DNA of 64,000 nucleotides from Octopus vulgaris (GCA_951406725.2 OX597827.1:30938001-31002000), one strand, 5' to 3'; positions 25,150 through 37,624 are shown, counted from the stretch's first letter. Notes: generated by a model not told the origin, from the sequence alone. Numbers and translations: made by a program.

Positions 25150-26280
25150 CTATAAGCCTGGCTGTAAAGTACCATATACCTGAGAAGGCTGAGAGAGAGC
25201 ATATCTCTGGGGGTGTGGTGTACTGTATTCCTGAGCCTGTGTTTTGGAGTAAGCAGTAGATTGTGGTGTGCTGTACAGCTGAGGTTGTGTCATGTTATTC
25301 AACTGCGACATTGGCGAGGTGTTGTACAGCAAAGGAGAGCTGTACAGCTGTGTTGGTGGCGTGTTGTACAGTGGTGACTGTAGCATGTTATACCGCTGTG
25401 AACACTGCATCTTGTAGACATCTGACTGTGACAAACTGCACATTTGTGTCTCCGGTGTACCAAAGACGTCAGGCTGCTGTCTGTTATACACCTGCAACGG
25501 TGGTGTGCTGCACTTTGCTGACTGAGGTGTATTGTACAGCTCTGATGGCAATGTGCTGCTCAATAAAGATTGTGATGATTTGTACATTTTTGACAGCGGT
25601 GAAGTACATTCAGCAGTTGGTGGAACACTGTATTTTGGTGACAAAGGTGAAGAACTTTTCGGTGACTGTGGACTGGTGTACTTCTTGGATAGAGATCCAC
25701 TGCTTTCTGGCAATTGTGCTGCTTTGCTTATTTGCGGTTCTTGTTTGTCATATTGTGCAAGTGGTAGGCTGTTCATCTGTGAAGGTGGAGTACTGTACAT
25801 TTTGGCAAGTGGCGAGCCATACATTTGCGACTGAGGAGTAGCATACATCTGTGCCTGAGGAGAGGCATACATTTTAGACAATGGACTACCATACATTTGC
25901 GCTTGTGCTGCACTATGCATCTGAGTCTGTGGTGTACCATACATTGATGATTGTGGTGAGCTGTACATTTGAGACGGCTGAGAGATGTACACCGATGACT
26001 GGTGTGGAGAATTGTACATGTCTAGCTGTGGTACATTGTACATCTGTGAAGGGGGTGTGCCATACATCTGCGACATGTTGTAGCGTTGTGCTGCCTGAGC
26101 CCTACTGTACATAGGTGACAAAGCACTTTTATTCATTTCAGACAGCTGTGTGTTATATTTTTGCAACACAGGTGTACAGTACATGTCTGGCTGTTTAGAA
26201 TTCAATGATTGTGGTTGTGGGCTGCTATACATTTTTGATGGTGGCGTGCTATACATCTGCAGTAATGATGTATTGCTCAT
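25150..26280 (-). CDS. Uncharacterised 376-aa low-complexity protein of about 45 degenerate octapeptide repeats M-Y-x-(S/T)-P-x-x-Q (S/Q/P/Y/M-rich, predicted disordered)
   Basis: 1131-bp uninterrupted ORF in a TE-poor island, with an in-frame TGA two codons upstream of the ATG. The 8-aa phase is largely kept although the nucleotide repeats are highly diverged. No signal peptide or TE motif is visible. Confidence 0.8.
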   Translation of the reverse strand: MSNTSLLQMYSTPPSKMYSSPQPQSLNSKQPDMYCTPVLQKYNTQLSEMNKSALSPMYSRAQAAQRYNMSQMYGTPPSQMYNVPQLDMYNSPHQSSVYISQPSQMYSSPQSSMYGTPQTQMHSAAQAQMYGSPLSKMYASPQAQMYATPQSQMYGSPLAKMYSTPPSQMNSLPLAQYDKQEPQISKAAQLPESSGSLSKKYTSPQSPKSSSPLSPKYSVPPTAECTSPLSKMYKSSQSLLSSTLPSELYNTPQSAKCSTPPLQVYNRQQPDVFGTPETQMCSLSQSDVYKMQCSQRYNMLQSPLYNTPPTQLYSSPLLYNTSPMSQLNNMTQPQLYSTPQSTAYSKTQAQEYSTPHPQRYALSQPSQVYGTLQPGL

Positions 26281-28109
26281 TTGTCAGAGATGTCTTAAAA
26301 AGTTTGTCAAAGTAGTAGCGCCTTTACAACAAAAAAAAGAGTTTGTATTTTAAATAGTATATTTACCAAAACACTTGATTTGGGCAGGCCAATAAGATAT
26401 CCAACTCTGTTAAAATATTTCAATTTCTTGCCAACACTACTTTGGGTGTCAATTACATAATTTGACCCTATTCCAGATACTGAATTTAACAGCAGGATCT
26501 ATTTTTCTTTTCTTTTTTTTTTTTCACAGAATATATTTCCTTTTTCAAATATTTCGTGTTGAATTTTCACAAAAATCGTTCCAGTTAGTTTTTTTGTTTT
26601 TCCTTTTTGATTTAGAAAGAAAATCTTTCTGATATAATTGTGAAATGATTTTTTTTCCTTTGTGTCAATTTCGTCAAGAAATATAATAAAAATTATAAAG
26701 TATATATGTACAACAAATGTATAAATTCCTTTAAAATAATTTCAATTCGCCAGCAAAATTAATTAGTGTAAATTGCATCAGAATGAACCAGATGTGATCT
26801 ATAAGCAAGATTTTTTTTCTTATTTAAAAAATTTTATAGACTCAACGTATATTATTTTAACAGATTCGATTGTTTCCCTCCATTTAAATCATTTATATAA
26901 GTTATGTTTAAGTAGTAGGAACTTAAACGAAAATAATAATGATGATGTTTCTTTATAATAAAATAATATTAATAGCAGAAGGGAAGATAAAACAACTCAG
27001 TGCTCATTAGAATTTCAATGGTAGATATATTTTTCTCTTTAAAAATGCTAACTGAAGATGAATGAAGCTAAAAATAAAGAAATGGGCTAAAAGTTAAGTG
27101 AAACCTCCAGCAGAAGATATAATATTTCACATACAAGTTCCGTTGAAGACAGATGCAACCCTACAATATCAACTGAATCTACTTTTTTCTTCTCCTCCTG
27201 CTTCACTTTCAAGAAATACAAAATGATTTTTTTTTCTTTTTTTAGAATTTTACTTGTTATATAAACATTAAAAAAAATAATGAAAAAGAAAAGAAAAGCC
27301 CAACTTTTTTCTGTTAAAGCAACGCAAACAGCTAAACTATATATTTAAAAAAAAATGTAATAACTTTCATTGTTCTGTTAGTTTCTGAAATGGTAATAAG
27401 TTGATATATATATATATATAATGTATGTGTGTATAATATATATATATATTTATCTATCTATGTTCTTTCTCTCTTTTAGCATCAAAAGAAAATATCGAAA
27501 ATTATAGAAAGCACAGATTATCAAGAGATAATTATCATAATCCTTAAAAATCTCACGATTAACAAGAACAAATTAATAATAAATAAATATTAGCACTTTT
27601 GATTCAAAATTTAGCCGAAATCTTGATGGGAAAACTAGCTTTATTTCTTCAACAAAGCGCATCCAATATTTCTAAGAATGGAGTTCTCATCATTGTTCGC
27701 AATTACATCTTACCTATTCCCTCACTCTATTGCGGTTTTGTAATTCTATCCAATATCAAAAATGTCTTATTCCTTAATTATTTATTTTTTTTCGTTTAGC
27801 TTAAAATAATTTTTCAATTCAAACGAATATTCAAAAAGAGATAGAGACAATGTGTTTTTTTTTAAGTATAAATTCTACAATGGGTAACGATGGTGGATAC
27901 CTAAGTTAATTTGTTAAGAATAAATAGTAAATAAGAATATTATATATATAAAAAAAAACAACTTAATTTAAGAATAATTCAATATTTCCTGTGCATTGTT
28001 GTCTGTCAGAAATAAATGTCATAGAGTCCTCCTCTCCTTTACTGCTCGTCTTGGGGCTTGCGAGCATTTAGGTTAATGAGAGAAAATGTGTTAAAAGTTG
28101 TTCGGAATG

Positions 28110-28132
28110 AAACCTGAAAGAGACAATAAACC
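28110..28132 (-). other. Splice acceptor for a probable long last exon of the minus-strand gene
   Basis: Minus strand ggtttattgtctctttcag|gtt; the exon would start at 28113. Confidence 0.5.
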
Positions 28133-29504
28133 AACAACTATACCATCATCATCATCATCATCAACTAATAAGAAAATATATACCAGCGAGGGAGTCTCGA
28201 CTTGCTAGATATAATAGCCAAATCTCCTTCGAATCATACTAATACTGTTTTAGTAAATGAAGGACACACTGAATAATGTAGTCCAAGATATATAATGAGA
28301 CGGGGTGGTTACTGCTGGAGCGTCTTTGGTCGATCGCAGTACGGATCGATCTGGATTGAGCTGGGAGCTTTACAAAAAATACAAAAAGTGTGGGTCAATA
28401 CAAGGCGAGAAGAGAATATAAAAAAAACCCCCACAAAAAAACAGTAAAAGAGATAAGAAAACCGGCAAACTGATTGCTTTTTTTTTTGTTATTTTTTTTC
28501 CAATACTTCTTTTGAGATAAATGTGTGTGTGTGTGCTATTGTTTTGTTTTTCTTCACAGCTTTTCGTTGTCTCCAGCTCCCAGACAAAAATCGGTAAAAT
28601 TCCCTGTCAGACGTCGTCGACAGCCAACAATAAAATTAATCCATCCGAGAGTTGTTGAAACAAGAATAAAATAAAATAAATCTTCAGCCGAGATGGCTAC
28701 GAGCGGTAAAAAAAATGCCCTCCCAAAAAGGGAACTCGACAAGAGATTCTACACAACGGCAATAACAAAAGAGTAATTAATAATAATAACTATAACTTTT
28801 GCTGCAGTTATTGTTTTAGTTGTTGCAGGAGAAACACTTTAACCCTTTCTCTCCTGTCACGTCATCATAGGATCTTTTCCCTCTATCTCTCTTCTTTTTC
28901 TTTTAAGCAACTTTTCTAACAGAACAAAGCACTGGATGGGTCTGATGTCTGGCAACTCCTTTCTTTTCACCCCTATTTTTTTTTCTTAAAAAAAAAATAA
29001 TAATCCTTGCTTTTCTTCTTATGTTAAATTTTTTGGGGAGAAGAAAATAAAAGCACCAGTAACAGTACAGAGGCTTGATCCCTTTTTAAGGCATATATAT
29101 GTGTATCAAATATATACACACAAGATAGATATAATATATAAGAGATATATAATATATGTGTGCGTGCGTGTGTGTCTAGTGAGTTGTCAGCCTATCACCG
29201 TTCACCTTCGAAGCAAATAAAACATTTCTAAATTCATGTCAACGCAAAGAGTCCTGCCAACAATTGGCTGGCTTGGCCGGCAAGGGAGATAACTGCCGAC
29301 GACTCTCATATCTCTTACTCTCTCTCTCCTCTTACTTTCTTTCTCACTCACAGTCTTACTCTCTCTCTCTCGTTTCCCTCTCACTTTCTATATTCATCTC
29401 ACATAAACTACGAAGAACAGGCACACACACACACAAACAGCACGTACATACACAAAAATAAAAACATAAACAAATAAATAATTATATACACATAAAACAA
29501 AGCT

Positions 29505-29560
29505 AGAGCGACGCGTTGATGACGTCACGCCAAAGCGGTGTCTTGTCACGTGACCGGTGT
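29505..29560. promoter_or_regulatory. CpG-rich promoter candidate with a perfect CRE and an extended E-box
   Basis: TGACGTCA at 29520-29527 and GTCACGTGAC at 29545-29554 within a small CpG cluster in CpG-poor DNA, upstream of the minus-strand gene. Confidence 0.6.
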
Positions 29561-30550
29561 TAGATGATGGCCTCTACCACTGGCTACTATTTTTTTTCCC
29601 ATTAGAAAGCAACTTCTTTCTGCTTTAAAAAAAAATATCCACGTTTATATTTTACTTTCTATTTGATCTTTACTTTTTCTATACTGTTGATATATTGAGA
29701 TTATAACGTCAAACGGAATTACCTTCTTTTTTTCCACCTGTCTGCTGTTTTAATAGTGAGTTTTCATTTGTTAATTTCTGTTTCCCTTGCCTGCAGTAAA
29801 ACGATCTTTCATAAATATACATCGTAGCAACACCCCTATCTATATATATAAATATATATGTGTGTGTATGTATGTATATGTATTTCCCCTGTGTCCTATC
29901 TATTAAGTATTATTGTTCTTTCTCGCCTTTTTTTTAAAAAAAGAAGAAAAGAAAACGAAAATTTACTCTATCCTTATATTTTAATTCTTTAAAGTGAACA
30001 AATTTTTTTAGCTTCTACTTCTACCCATGCCATTAAAACGTTCCTTGGAACGATTTCAAAATAACAAATTGACACAACTCAAATACTGAATATCGGTCTC
30101 TAAGTAAATTTACTTATATAGTAAGTGTTTATATGTATATATATATATAACATATACACAGATTTAGCATGCCTCTTACAACTACTATTGTTCCATATAG
30201 TTGTTGAATAAGTTGTAAGCCTGAAGTAAGGAGGTCAGAGCAATTTAACACACTATTTATATATTTTATATATATATATATATTATGTATGTATCCTCAG
30301 GTTGAAATATACCTAGCCAACGCCTTCTATGTTACTTGTGTCAATGGTCCCACGTCTACAGCAATATTTACAATAGCCAACACTATGGAACATATGAAAG
30401 CCTTATATAAGTTGTACTTTTCCATTTTTATTTACTGTGTTACGTTGAATTTGTCGTGTCTGTTTGAATATTGTTGTTGCTTTCATTTTCGTAGAATTTT
30501 GTAACCGGGATTTCTGTGAAAGAAGAACAAAAGCCAATATAATTTAAAGG

Positions 30551-30583
<33 letters not shown>

Positions 30584-30809
30584 CATAATATATATATATA
30601 TATATACATAATATATATATATATATATACATAATATATATGTATGTATATCAGTGTATTACTGGTACTTGTGTACTTGATTTTTTCAATCCTCAGTGGC
30701 GTGAAATTGAAAATCAATGGTAGTGGTACTCGATCTTAGTATCGTACAGTTTGTATCGATATAAATAAACCACCACCACCACCACCACTGGTTTCGTTAG
30801 CAACAATGT

Positions 30810-32090
30810 ATCCACATTTTTCCTATTTTGTATCCTGTAGTAACAAGTGAGCTGTTTCAGTTGCGATTGTGGGTTGGAAGATGTGATCCGTTTCTCCCTG
30901 CCATGACCTCAAGGTTATGGGCTCGTGTCCATAAAATGGAAAGAAGCGGGTGTAAAGGTCCGTTACCACAGACGCAAACAGAACTGAAAAATCGAAGACG
31001 CGCCAAAACATCTTTTAGCCAAACTTGTAACCCTCCGAGACCACGTGGTTCGAACACAAAACGATAGATTTGAAGAAAAAATTTGGCTTTCTTCCAAATT
31101 TCTTTACTTCTCATCAACATGTTAAATGTATTTCTGTTTTTGGTTTGAAAGTAGCTTATTACCCACCTGTTCTCGAATGAAACTCGTGTTTCTGAGGATC
31201 CAAACGAGGGAGGGAACCCATCTCTCTACAGACACTCAACCTGCTGTATAACGAATCTGGTTAAAAGGCTACAACCAACATATGAATAAGCACACACTCA
31301 CACACACACATAACGAGAGAGAGAGGTATTCAGAAAGTTTTGATCTTGACCATGAAATTATTGTATACTCGCTGTCAATATTATGTTCGACTCAAAACTT
31401 TCGGAACAAGTATATATATATATGCCATTATATAAATAGTGTTGTGTACAAATCATTGTCAGTTAATAAGCCACTTATAATATTTTGTTTCAAAATTAAA
31501 TACGGCATTGTACTATACTAGCTGGAATTGTGAATTTATTTCCGTTCACCGATCTAACGGTCATATATTTTTCAAAGCATATCCTATCGTCTTTATACGT
31601 AAGATGAAGGAAGTACAGATAAGATAATATAGTCTCAGATACGCTGTCTGAAAACGAGATTTGAGTGGGGCCCTTTTGATCGTAGGGCTGGCTAATTCGG
31701 GAGTGAGTGTACCAAGCAACATAAACTAACAAGGCAACCAGGAAGTTTGAAATCTCTCCCAAATAACACTGCACCATCGTCATACGGAAAGGAAATAGCA
31801 TATGAAATTGTGTTCCAGTCCCTCATTGCATAAGCTGGGATTGTCGCGTTTGAGTTTATCTTACATCTCACGGATGTTCTGGGATGCATAGTCAATGGTG
31901 TTTCTGTTTTCTCGCAGGGGTTTCGGGTCTTTCAAGTCTCGGCTTGCATTCCTGCGGCAGCAAACCACTGGTTTGTCCTCTTTATCCAAAGCCACGTAAA
32001 GCTGTCCCGGTCTTAACAACATACAGAACGAATGGTTTATAGAATCGTAGTCACCCAGCAGAACGCTTCTCGCAGTCTTCTTTTTCTTTT
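30810..32090 (-). pseudogene. Very old Tx1/L1-like RT remnant
   Basis: Colinear but degenerate motifs on minus: LYVALDKEDK (compare LDQxKAFD), SVRCKINS, ISFPYDD (compare AYADD), PRGLGGL (compare PxxxGGLG). Confidence 0.4.
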
Positions 32091-32418
32091 ATGAGCTGAG
32101 ACAACTTATCAGATATTTCAACTCGGTTGTACCCCCAAACAACATCTGTTTATGACTAATGGAAGTAACTGGTTTCTTGTTTAAACACAAACAAGCTATA
32201 TGTGTGTGCTTATGTATATGTATAGACACACACAAAATACATGTAGTGTGTGTATATATCCACTTATATAAAATAATATAAGTATGTGTAAATTAGTTTA
32301 TGGAAGTAACGGAGAGTTGGCTAGTGGCAGAAATATAAAACAGACAAAAGTATATCGGTTATCAAACAACATAAATGATATACATAAAAGTATATCAGAT
32401 ATCATACAACATTTATGA

Positions 32419-32703
32419 AATTATTTTCTCTCCGAGAGGAAATAAACAAATGCCTTGTGGAAATTGCAGTCAACTCCAAATGAAAAGGGGTTATAAACTC
32501 AAGAATCGGGAATTTCTGTGATATCGACATGCCATGAAGGAAAAGACAGTCTAAATTGTCTGATCTTTGAGTATGTGTTTTCTGTCACAATAAGCATCTC
32601 CAGATAACCAAGACTGTCTTTTGCGATGGTGATTCTTGTGATTATCTCCCCTTCTCATTTGGAGTTGAAAGCAGTTGTTTATTCTCTTGAAGGGAAGATA
32701 ATT
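32419..32703. repeat. 285-nt imperfect inverted repeat (rod-like hairpin element)
   Basis: Arms pair in blocks: aataaacaa/ttgtttatt, tcaactccaaatga/tcatttggagttga, caagaatc/gattcttg, aaaagacagtct/agactgtctttt. Confidence 0.8.
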
Positions 32704-33061
32704 AAATCCAGAATTTATCTTTTATTTGATCTACCTTTATTTGTGTGTGTGTGTAATGTGCACACACACCCATATATTTATGTATAAAATATATACTTGT
32801 GTGTGTATTATCTGTTTGCTTCTTTTATGTTTATTTCCCATGGTAGCATGGTTAGATTAATATATTATTGAGGCATTGCTTTACAGCCAGATGCTCCTGC
32901 AGTCACTAATTGTTACTTGTTTTCCATATATGTGATATCTTACTGTACGTATTTTTGAAGGTGCGAAGGCCCTGGATGAAGCTATTGATAGGTGGAGATG
33001 ATAGCAACATCACCTGTCATAGCTGAGCAGTTGAGTGTATGTTGAAATAAACATGTGTATA

Positions 33062-33094
<33 letters not shown>

Positions 33095-33539
33095 GCACAC
33101 ACACACATGATGTTTCCTTCTACCAAATCCACTCACAAGGCTTTTGCTAGGTTCAAGGCTGTAGTGGAAGACAATTGTCCTAAGTGCTGTACAGTGGAAC
33201 ACACTCATTATAGGTACAGGGATGGCTCTATGGTTAAGAACGTCACTTCCCAAATCCCTAAGTACATGATCTTGAGATGAGTTCCACTGTACAGCATTTT
33301 GGCTAATTGTCTTCTACTACAGCCTTGTGAGTGGATTTGGTAGAAGGAAACATATATAAGTATGTGTGCATGTGCATATATACACACACACACACAGTAT
33401 GTATTTAAAGTGTGTATAAATGTATTTTTTCATGTCATTTTGTGATGCATCAGGACATATTGTCAGTGAATGTATCTGGTCATTGCGTGTTTCAGTTTTT
33501 TCAACCATCAAATACTCCAACTTGTATCTAAATAGCATT

Positions 33540-35340
33540 GCCTTCTTCAGAGTTCACATCTGATCCACAGCCCACCATGAAGCAATTCTTGCTACCTTGG
33601 TAACCAACATGATAACCTTCCATGTACCGACCCTCAGTGATGTCCAGCATGTTGCAGGCTCTGAAGTGGGAACATATTGCAAACCCTTTGCTTCCCACCT
33701 CAATAACATCATTCCTTGCTAACCACCCGTTGTTTCAACATAATTCCACCGAATCGGTACATTTTGGTCTTCTTCCATTTCTTCTGTCAGTACAGTCCCC
33801 TCAGGTAATGGAGAGTTCTGCTTCTCAGATCAACCCCATTTTCCAGCCTTACTGATGTTTAGGTGGCACTGTTGGAAACGTTGGTTGCTTTCCGAGGGTG
33901 ATTTTCAGCTTCCAGTTTTGTACTCTTTTTCACACACATACATATGCGCATATACACTGAGATATGTATGAATATATGTACATATGATATGTATATATCT
34001 TAAATACATTATCATATACACACACATAGACATGTAAATACATGTTTATGTGTGTGTGATATAAATATAGACAACATAAATCCCTAATCATTTATATATA
34101 TATATATATATAATATGTATAACAACTTTGACAAAAGGAATAGTTTTCTTCATTAGGTGGAGATACCTTCAGTGGCTGTTCTCACTGAATAGCCATTGCA
34201 GGTCCTGATTTTAGGACCTGATCTTGGTACCAATGGTAGCACCCCTCATCCAAGGTATTTAGAAAGTTACTGCAGACATGCTCTAGAGTCCCTCTCATCA
34301 AGCACAAAGGGCAATTTCATGACTCCACTCCACCCCAAAGGAACAAATTGGATGGACTCAGTAAGATGGTGTAAACTATTAGAATCAAGAATCTTATCTG
34401 GTGGGGTCTCACTTGATAAAGCTCTCATGTTATGAGACCTTGCGTTCTACTATTTGTTCCCATCATAACCAGGTTTCCTGGTCCACTCCTCTTCAGTCAA
34501 CACCTGCACCTCATTTCAGATCAGTAACCTCCTGTTATTTGCTTGCACTTTGTCTTAGCAGGATGTTGTGCTGCTACTCCGACCAGGCCTTCTTGAAGTA
34601 TTGCTTTCATCAGCACTCTACGACTTAAAAGTGACTTTGCAGCTCTCTACTGCTGTCCACTTTCATCCTATCCTGACCTCAATACCAACCTGAGAGACTT
34701 TAGGTTGCAGGTTTGTCAGTATTGTGGCACTTGCCCAGCACAGGTCACCCTCTAAATTCCTTCAGGTTGCTAGTGGAGCATGTCAACTTTTTATTCTGTC
34801 CTGACAGAATGACGTTTCTTGGGCTTTGAGGCAGTCTCAGCCATTTCCACAGCAACATGCTGTCCTTTCTTGCAAAGCTTTCAGCTGTAGACCTCATTAT
34901 GCCAAGAATGGCAAGTGACCAAAGAATCCATTGAAAGAGGCCATGCTTAGTAAACTTAAGCCTTAACCCTTTTGCATTCGGATTATTCTGTCAAATGTAA
35001 TGCTTATTTTATTCACATTGTATTGAAGTAATGATGTATTCTCATAGTTTTGAGATTTCAGTGATGTGATTGTTTCTTTTTCAAACGGCATTGTAGGGTG
35101 TGTGAAAGCCTGGATTTGGCCAGTTTGAGCACAAAACAGAGCTTGATATGGCCGATATTAATGCTAAAGGGTTAAAGCATCCAGGTAGACCTGAAATGTT
35201 AACTGTGACTAGTCAGGCTCTGATTCTTAGTTTATTGCAGATAGATGTTGTGCTGTGAGGCTGCAGTCAAACACCTTCCCTAACTTTTAACTAGTTTCTC
35301 TTTAATGAATGGTATCTTTACACTATCAACCAAGAAACTG
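33540..35340 (-). pseudogene. Decayed HERO/R2-superfamily (restriction-like endonuclease) non-LTR element
   Basis: Minus-strand frames give, in order, EKLVKS.G..FD.SL, SGLPG, KWLRLP, IRFLILIVYTILLSPSNL..WG, GTLEH, YHWYQDQVL and IEVGSKGFA, matching the post-RT CCHC and REL region of HERO-like elements. Confidence 0.65.
34967..35171. mobile_element. piggyBac-type MITE
   Basis: ttaa|cccttttgcatt ... aatgctaaaggg|ttaa. A second copy at 40228-40738 is split by an RTE-tail SINE. Confidence 0.8.
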
Positions 35341-36828
35341 AGCTACTGTTGACACTTGTGTGTATGTGTGTGTCTTTCCTTTTGTTTGTATTTTATCTTC
35401 TCTCAAGACTACTCTCTGCTTTCCAGGCAGATTATTCAAACATTCAAAATTTTCACGACTCTATATAAGAATCAATAAATGTCATACATGAAACATTAGG
35501 CCCTTGAGTCACACTTTTTGTAAATGCATCGCATGCACATACACACACACACACACATCTTTTATCTATCTATTACTTGTTTCAGTCATTTGACTGTGGC
35601 CATGTTGGAGCACTGCCTTGAAAAGTTTTTAGTCGAACAAATTGAGCCCTGGACTTTTTTTTTTAACAAAGCCTAATACTCTTTCTGTTGGTCATTTTTG
35701 CTGAACTGCTAACTTACGGTTGGGGGGGGGGGGACATAAACACACCAACACAAGTTGTCAAGCAGTAGTGGGACACACACAGAGCAAGCTTTTTTCAGTC
35801 TTCTGTTTACCAAATCCACTCACAAGGCTTTGGTTGCCTGAGGCTATATAGTAGAAGACACTTACCCAAAGTGCCATGCAGTGGAACTGAACCTAGAACC
35901 ATGTGGATGGGAAGCAAGCTTCTAACCACATATCCACGCCTGCACTTTATATACGCACTCAAATATGTACATTTTCATGTATGTGTTTGTGTGTGTGATT
36001 AGTGACCGAGACATTTGGCAATATGCTATGCTTGAGAAGACCCATCAAGCCAAGTGAAATTGTAGTCGTGGCTGATGCTGGTGTCACATAACTGGCATCC
36101 ATGCCAGTGGCGCATAAAAAGCACCTTTTGAGCATTGGGCCTCACAGAGGCAAAGTGGCTGAGCTCCTTTTGAGTGTTGGGCCTCGTGGAGGCAATGACC
36201 AAGAACTTTGGCACTGTGTCATGCTTGAGAAGAAGACGCATCAGTTCGAGCAAAACTGCAGTCGTGGCAGATACTGGTGTTGCACAAATGGCACCCGTAC
36301 TGGTGGCACGTAAAAGCACCAATTTTACACTCGGAATGGTTGGTGTTAGGAAGGGCATCCAGCCATAGAAACCATGCCAAGTCAGACGGGTGTCTGGTGC
36401 AGCCTTCCAGCTAGCCAGCCCTGATTAAACTGTCCAACCCATGCCAGCATGGACAACGGATGTTAAATGATGATGATGACACACACACACACACACTCTA
36501 AATTATGTATATGTTTATACATATGTAATATATAATAATCTATAATATTTTTATGTATATGAATAACAAAAGAATAAGTGTTGCATAATCACTTAGGAAG
36601 TGATTATGTAATTCCTGTTCTTTTGTCATTTCATTTATCGATACTTGCTACTGACCTGATGGTTTTCAGTGAGCTACATTGAGTTCAGACAGTTGTTTAT
36701 TAGTATTGCCATGGTGAAGCAAATCAATATATATATAAAATGTAAAAAGGAGATGAATGCTCAGGATGTTGTTCATCCATTTGTATCATGAAGATCTACA
36801 TACGTTTTGACGGGTGCACTCCAAAATC

Positions 36829-36921
36829 TCATGAACCTCCTGAAGAGATTGGTGCACCATTATTTATCCTGCCGGACATTTTAGACTGCACCAGTCAAAA
36901 CATATTTAGAGGACTTCATGA
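36829..36921 (+). ncRNA. Type I hammerhead ribozyme relic (G12->A) inside a long hairpin element
   Basis: Stem I tcatgaa-cctc / gagg-ac-ttcatga; core CTGAAGA 36840-36846; 10-bp stem II gattggtgca/tgcaccagtc; AAAA instead of GAAA at 36897-36900; short stem III acatattt and A17 at 36908. Confidence 0.72.
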
Positions 36922-37118
36922 TATGAATGGATTAACATCCCGAGCGTTCATCTTCATTTTATATTTTAATATTTTCTATTAAATAAGTGTCCTGCGACAC
37001 TTAAAGCAACTTTTAGCTACACTGTAATTGTTCCCTTGGATTTCTATTAATTTAATATATATATATACAATATTCTTGTGATGCTTTTTGGAGCTTTAAT
37101 AATAATAAAGTATATATG

Positions 37119-37162
<44 letters not shown>

Positions 37163-37624
37163 TGCACATATATGTTCATATGTGTATTTGTTTAACATCT
37201 GTTTTTTCTATCATGGCACAGGTTGGGGAGAGATTTACTTGAAGTAGGATTTTATGGTTGGGTGCTCTTCCTGTTGCTCACTGTTACTCTTCTTTTAATG
37301 AGTGATTTTTTTTTTGCATCTCGCAGGTTGCTGAAAAATGTAGAGTAGTTGGTTTTGATGTTGGTAAGGAATATAAACAGTGACAAACAAGGCCATATTG
37401 TGTCAATATTTGTATGCGTATGCACCCTCATGCATTCATGCATACACATATATGATGTGCTTCTGCTCAGTTGCCACCTAAGGCTAGCGTAGAACACACT
37501 TGCCCCACATGTCGTGCAAAAGAACTGAACCTGAAACCAACTGGTTGTAAAGTGAACTTGTAAACCATGCAGCCACACCTGAGGCCATTATTTATGTATG
37601 TGTGTGTGAGAATGAAAGGCAGAC

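Noticed and set aside
25263-25841. Cys-rich plus-strand ORFs (192 aa and 100 aa)
   Set aside because: Antisense shadows of the repeat-protein CDS, with non-ATG starts.
25150-26280. Reflectin or RNA polymerase II CTD identity for the repeat protein
   Set aside because: It lacks the reflectin M/FD(x5)MD(x5)MD motif and Arg/Asp richness. The period is 8, not the YSPTSPS heptad, and an in-frame stop precedes the ATG.
32560-32612. Hammerhead on the minus strand of the 285-nt hairpin (CTGGAGA..GAAA)
   Set aside because: A6 is replaced, stem II is weak and there is no properly placed UH triplet. Kept only as a hairpin finding.
36581-36604. Resemblance to miR-153 (ttgcata.tcac...aagtgat)
   Set aside because: Seed mismatch and insertions, and the match spans the hairpin loop rather than one arm.
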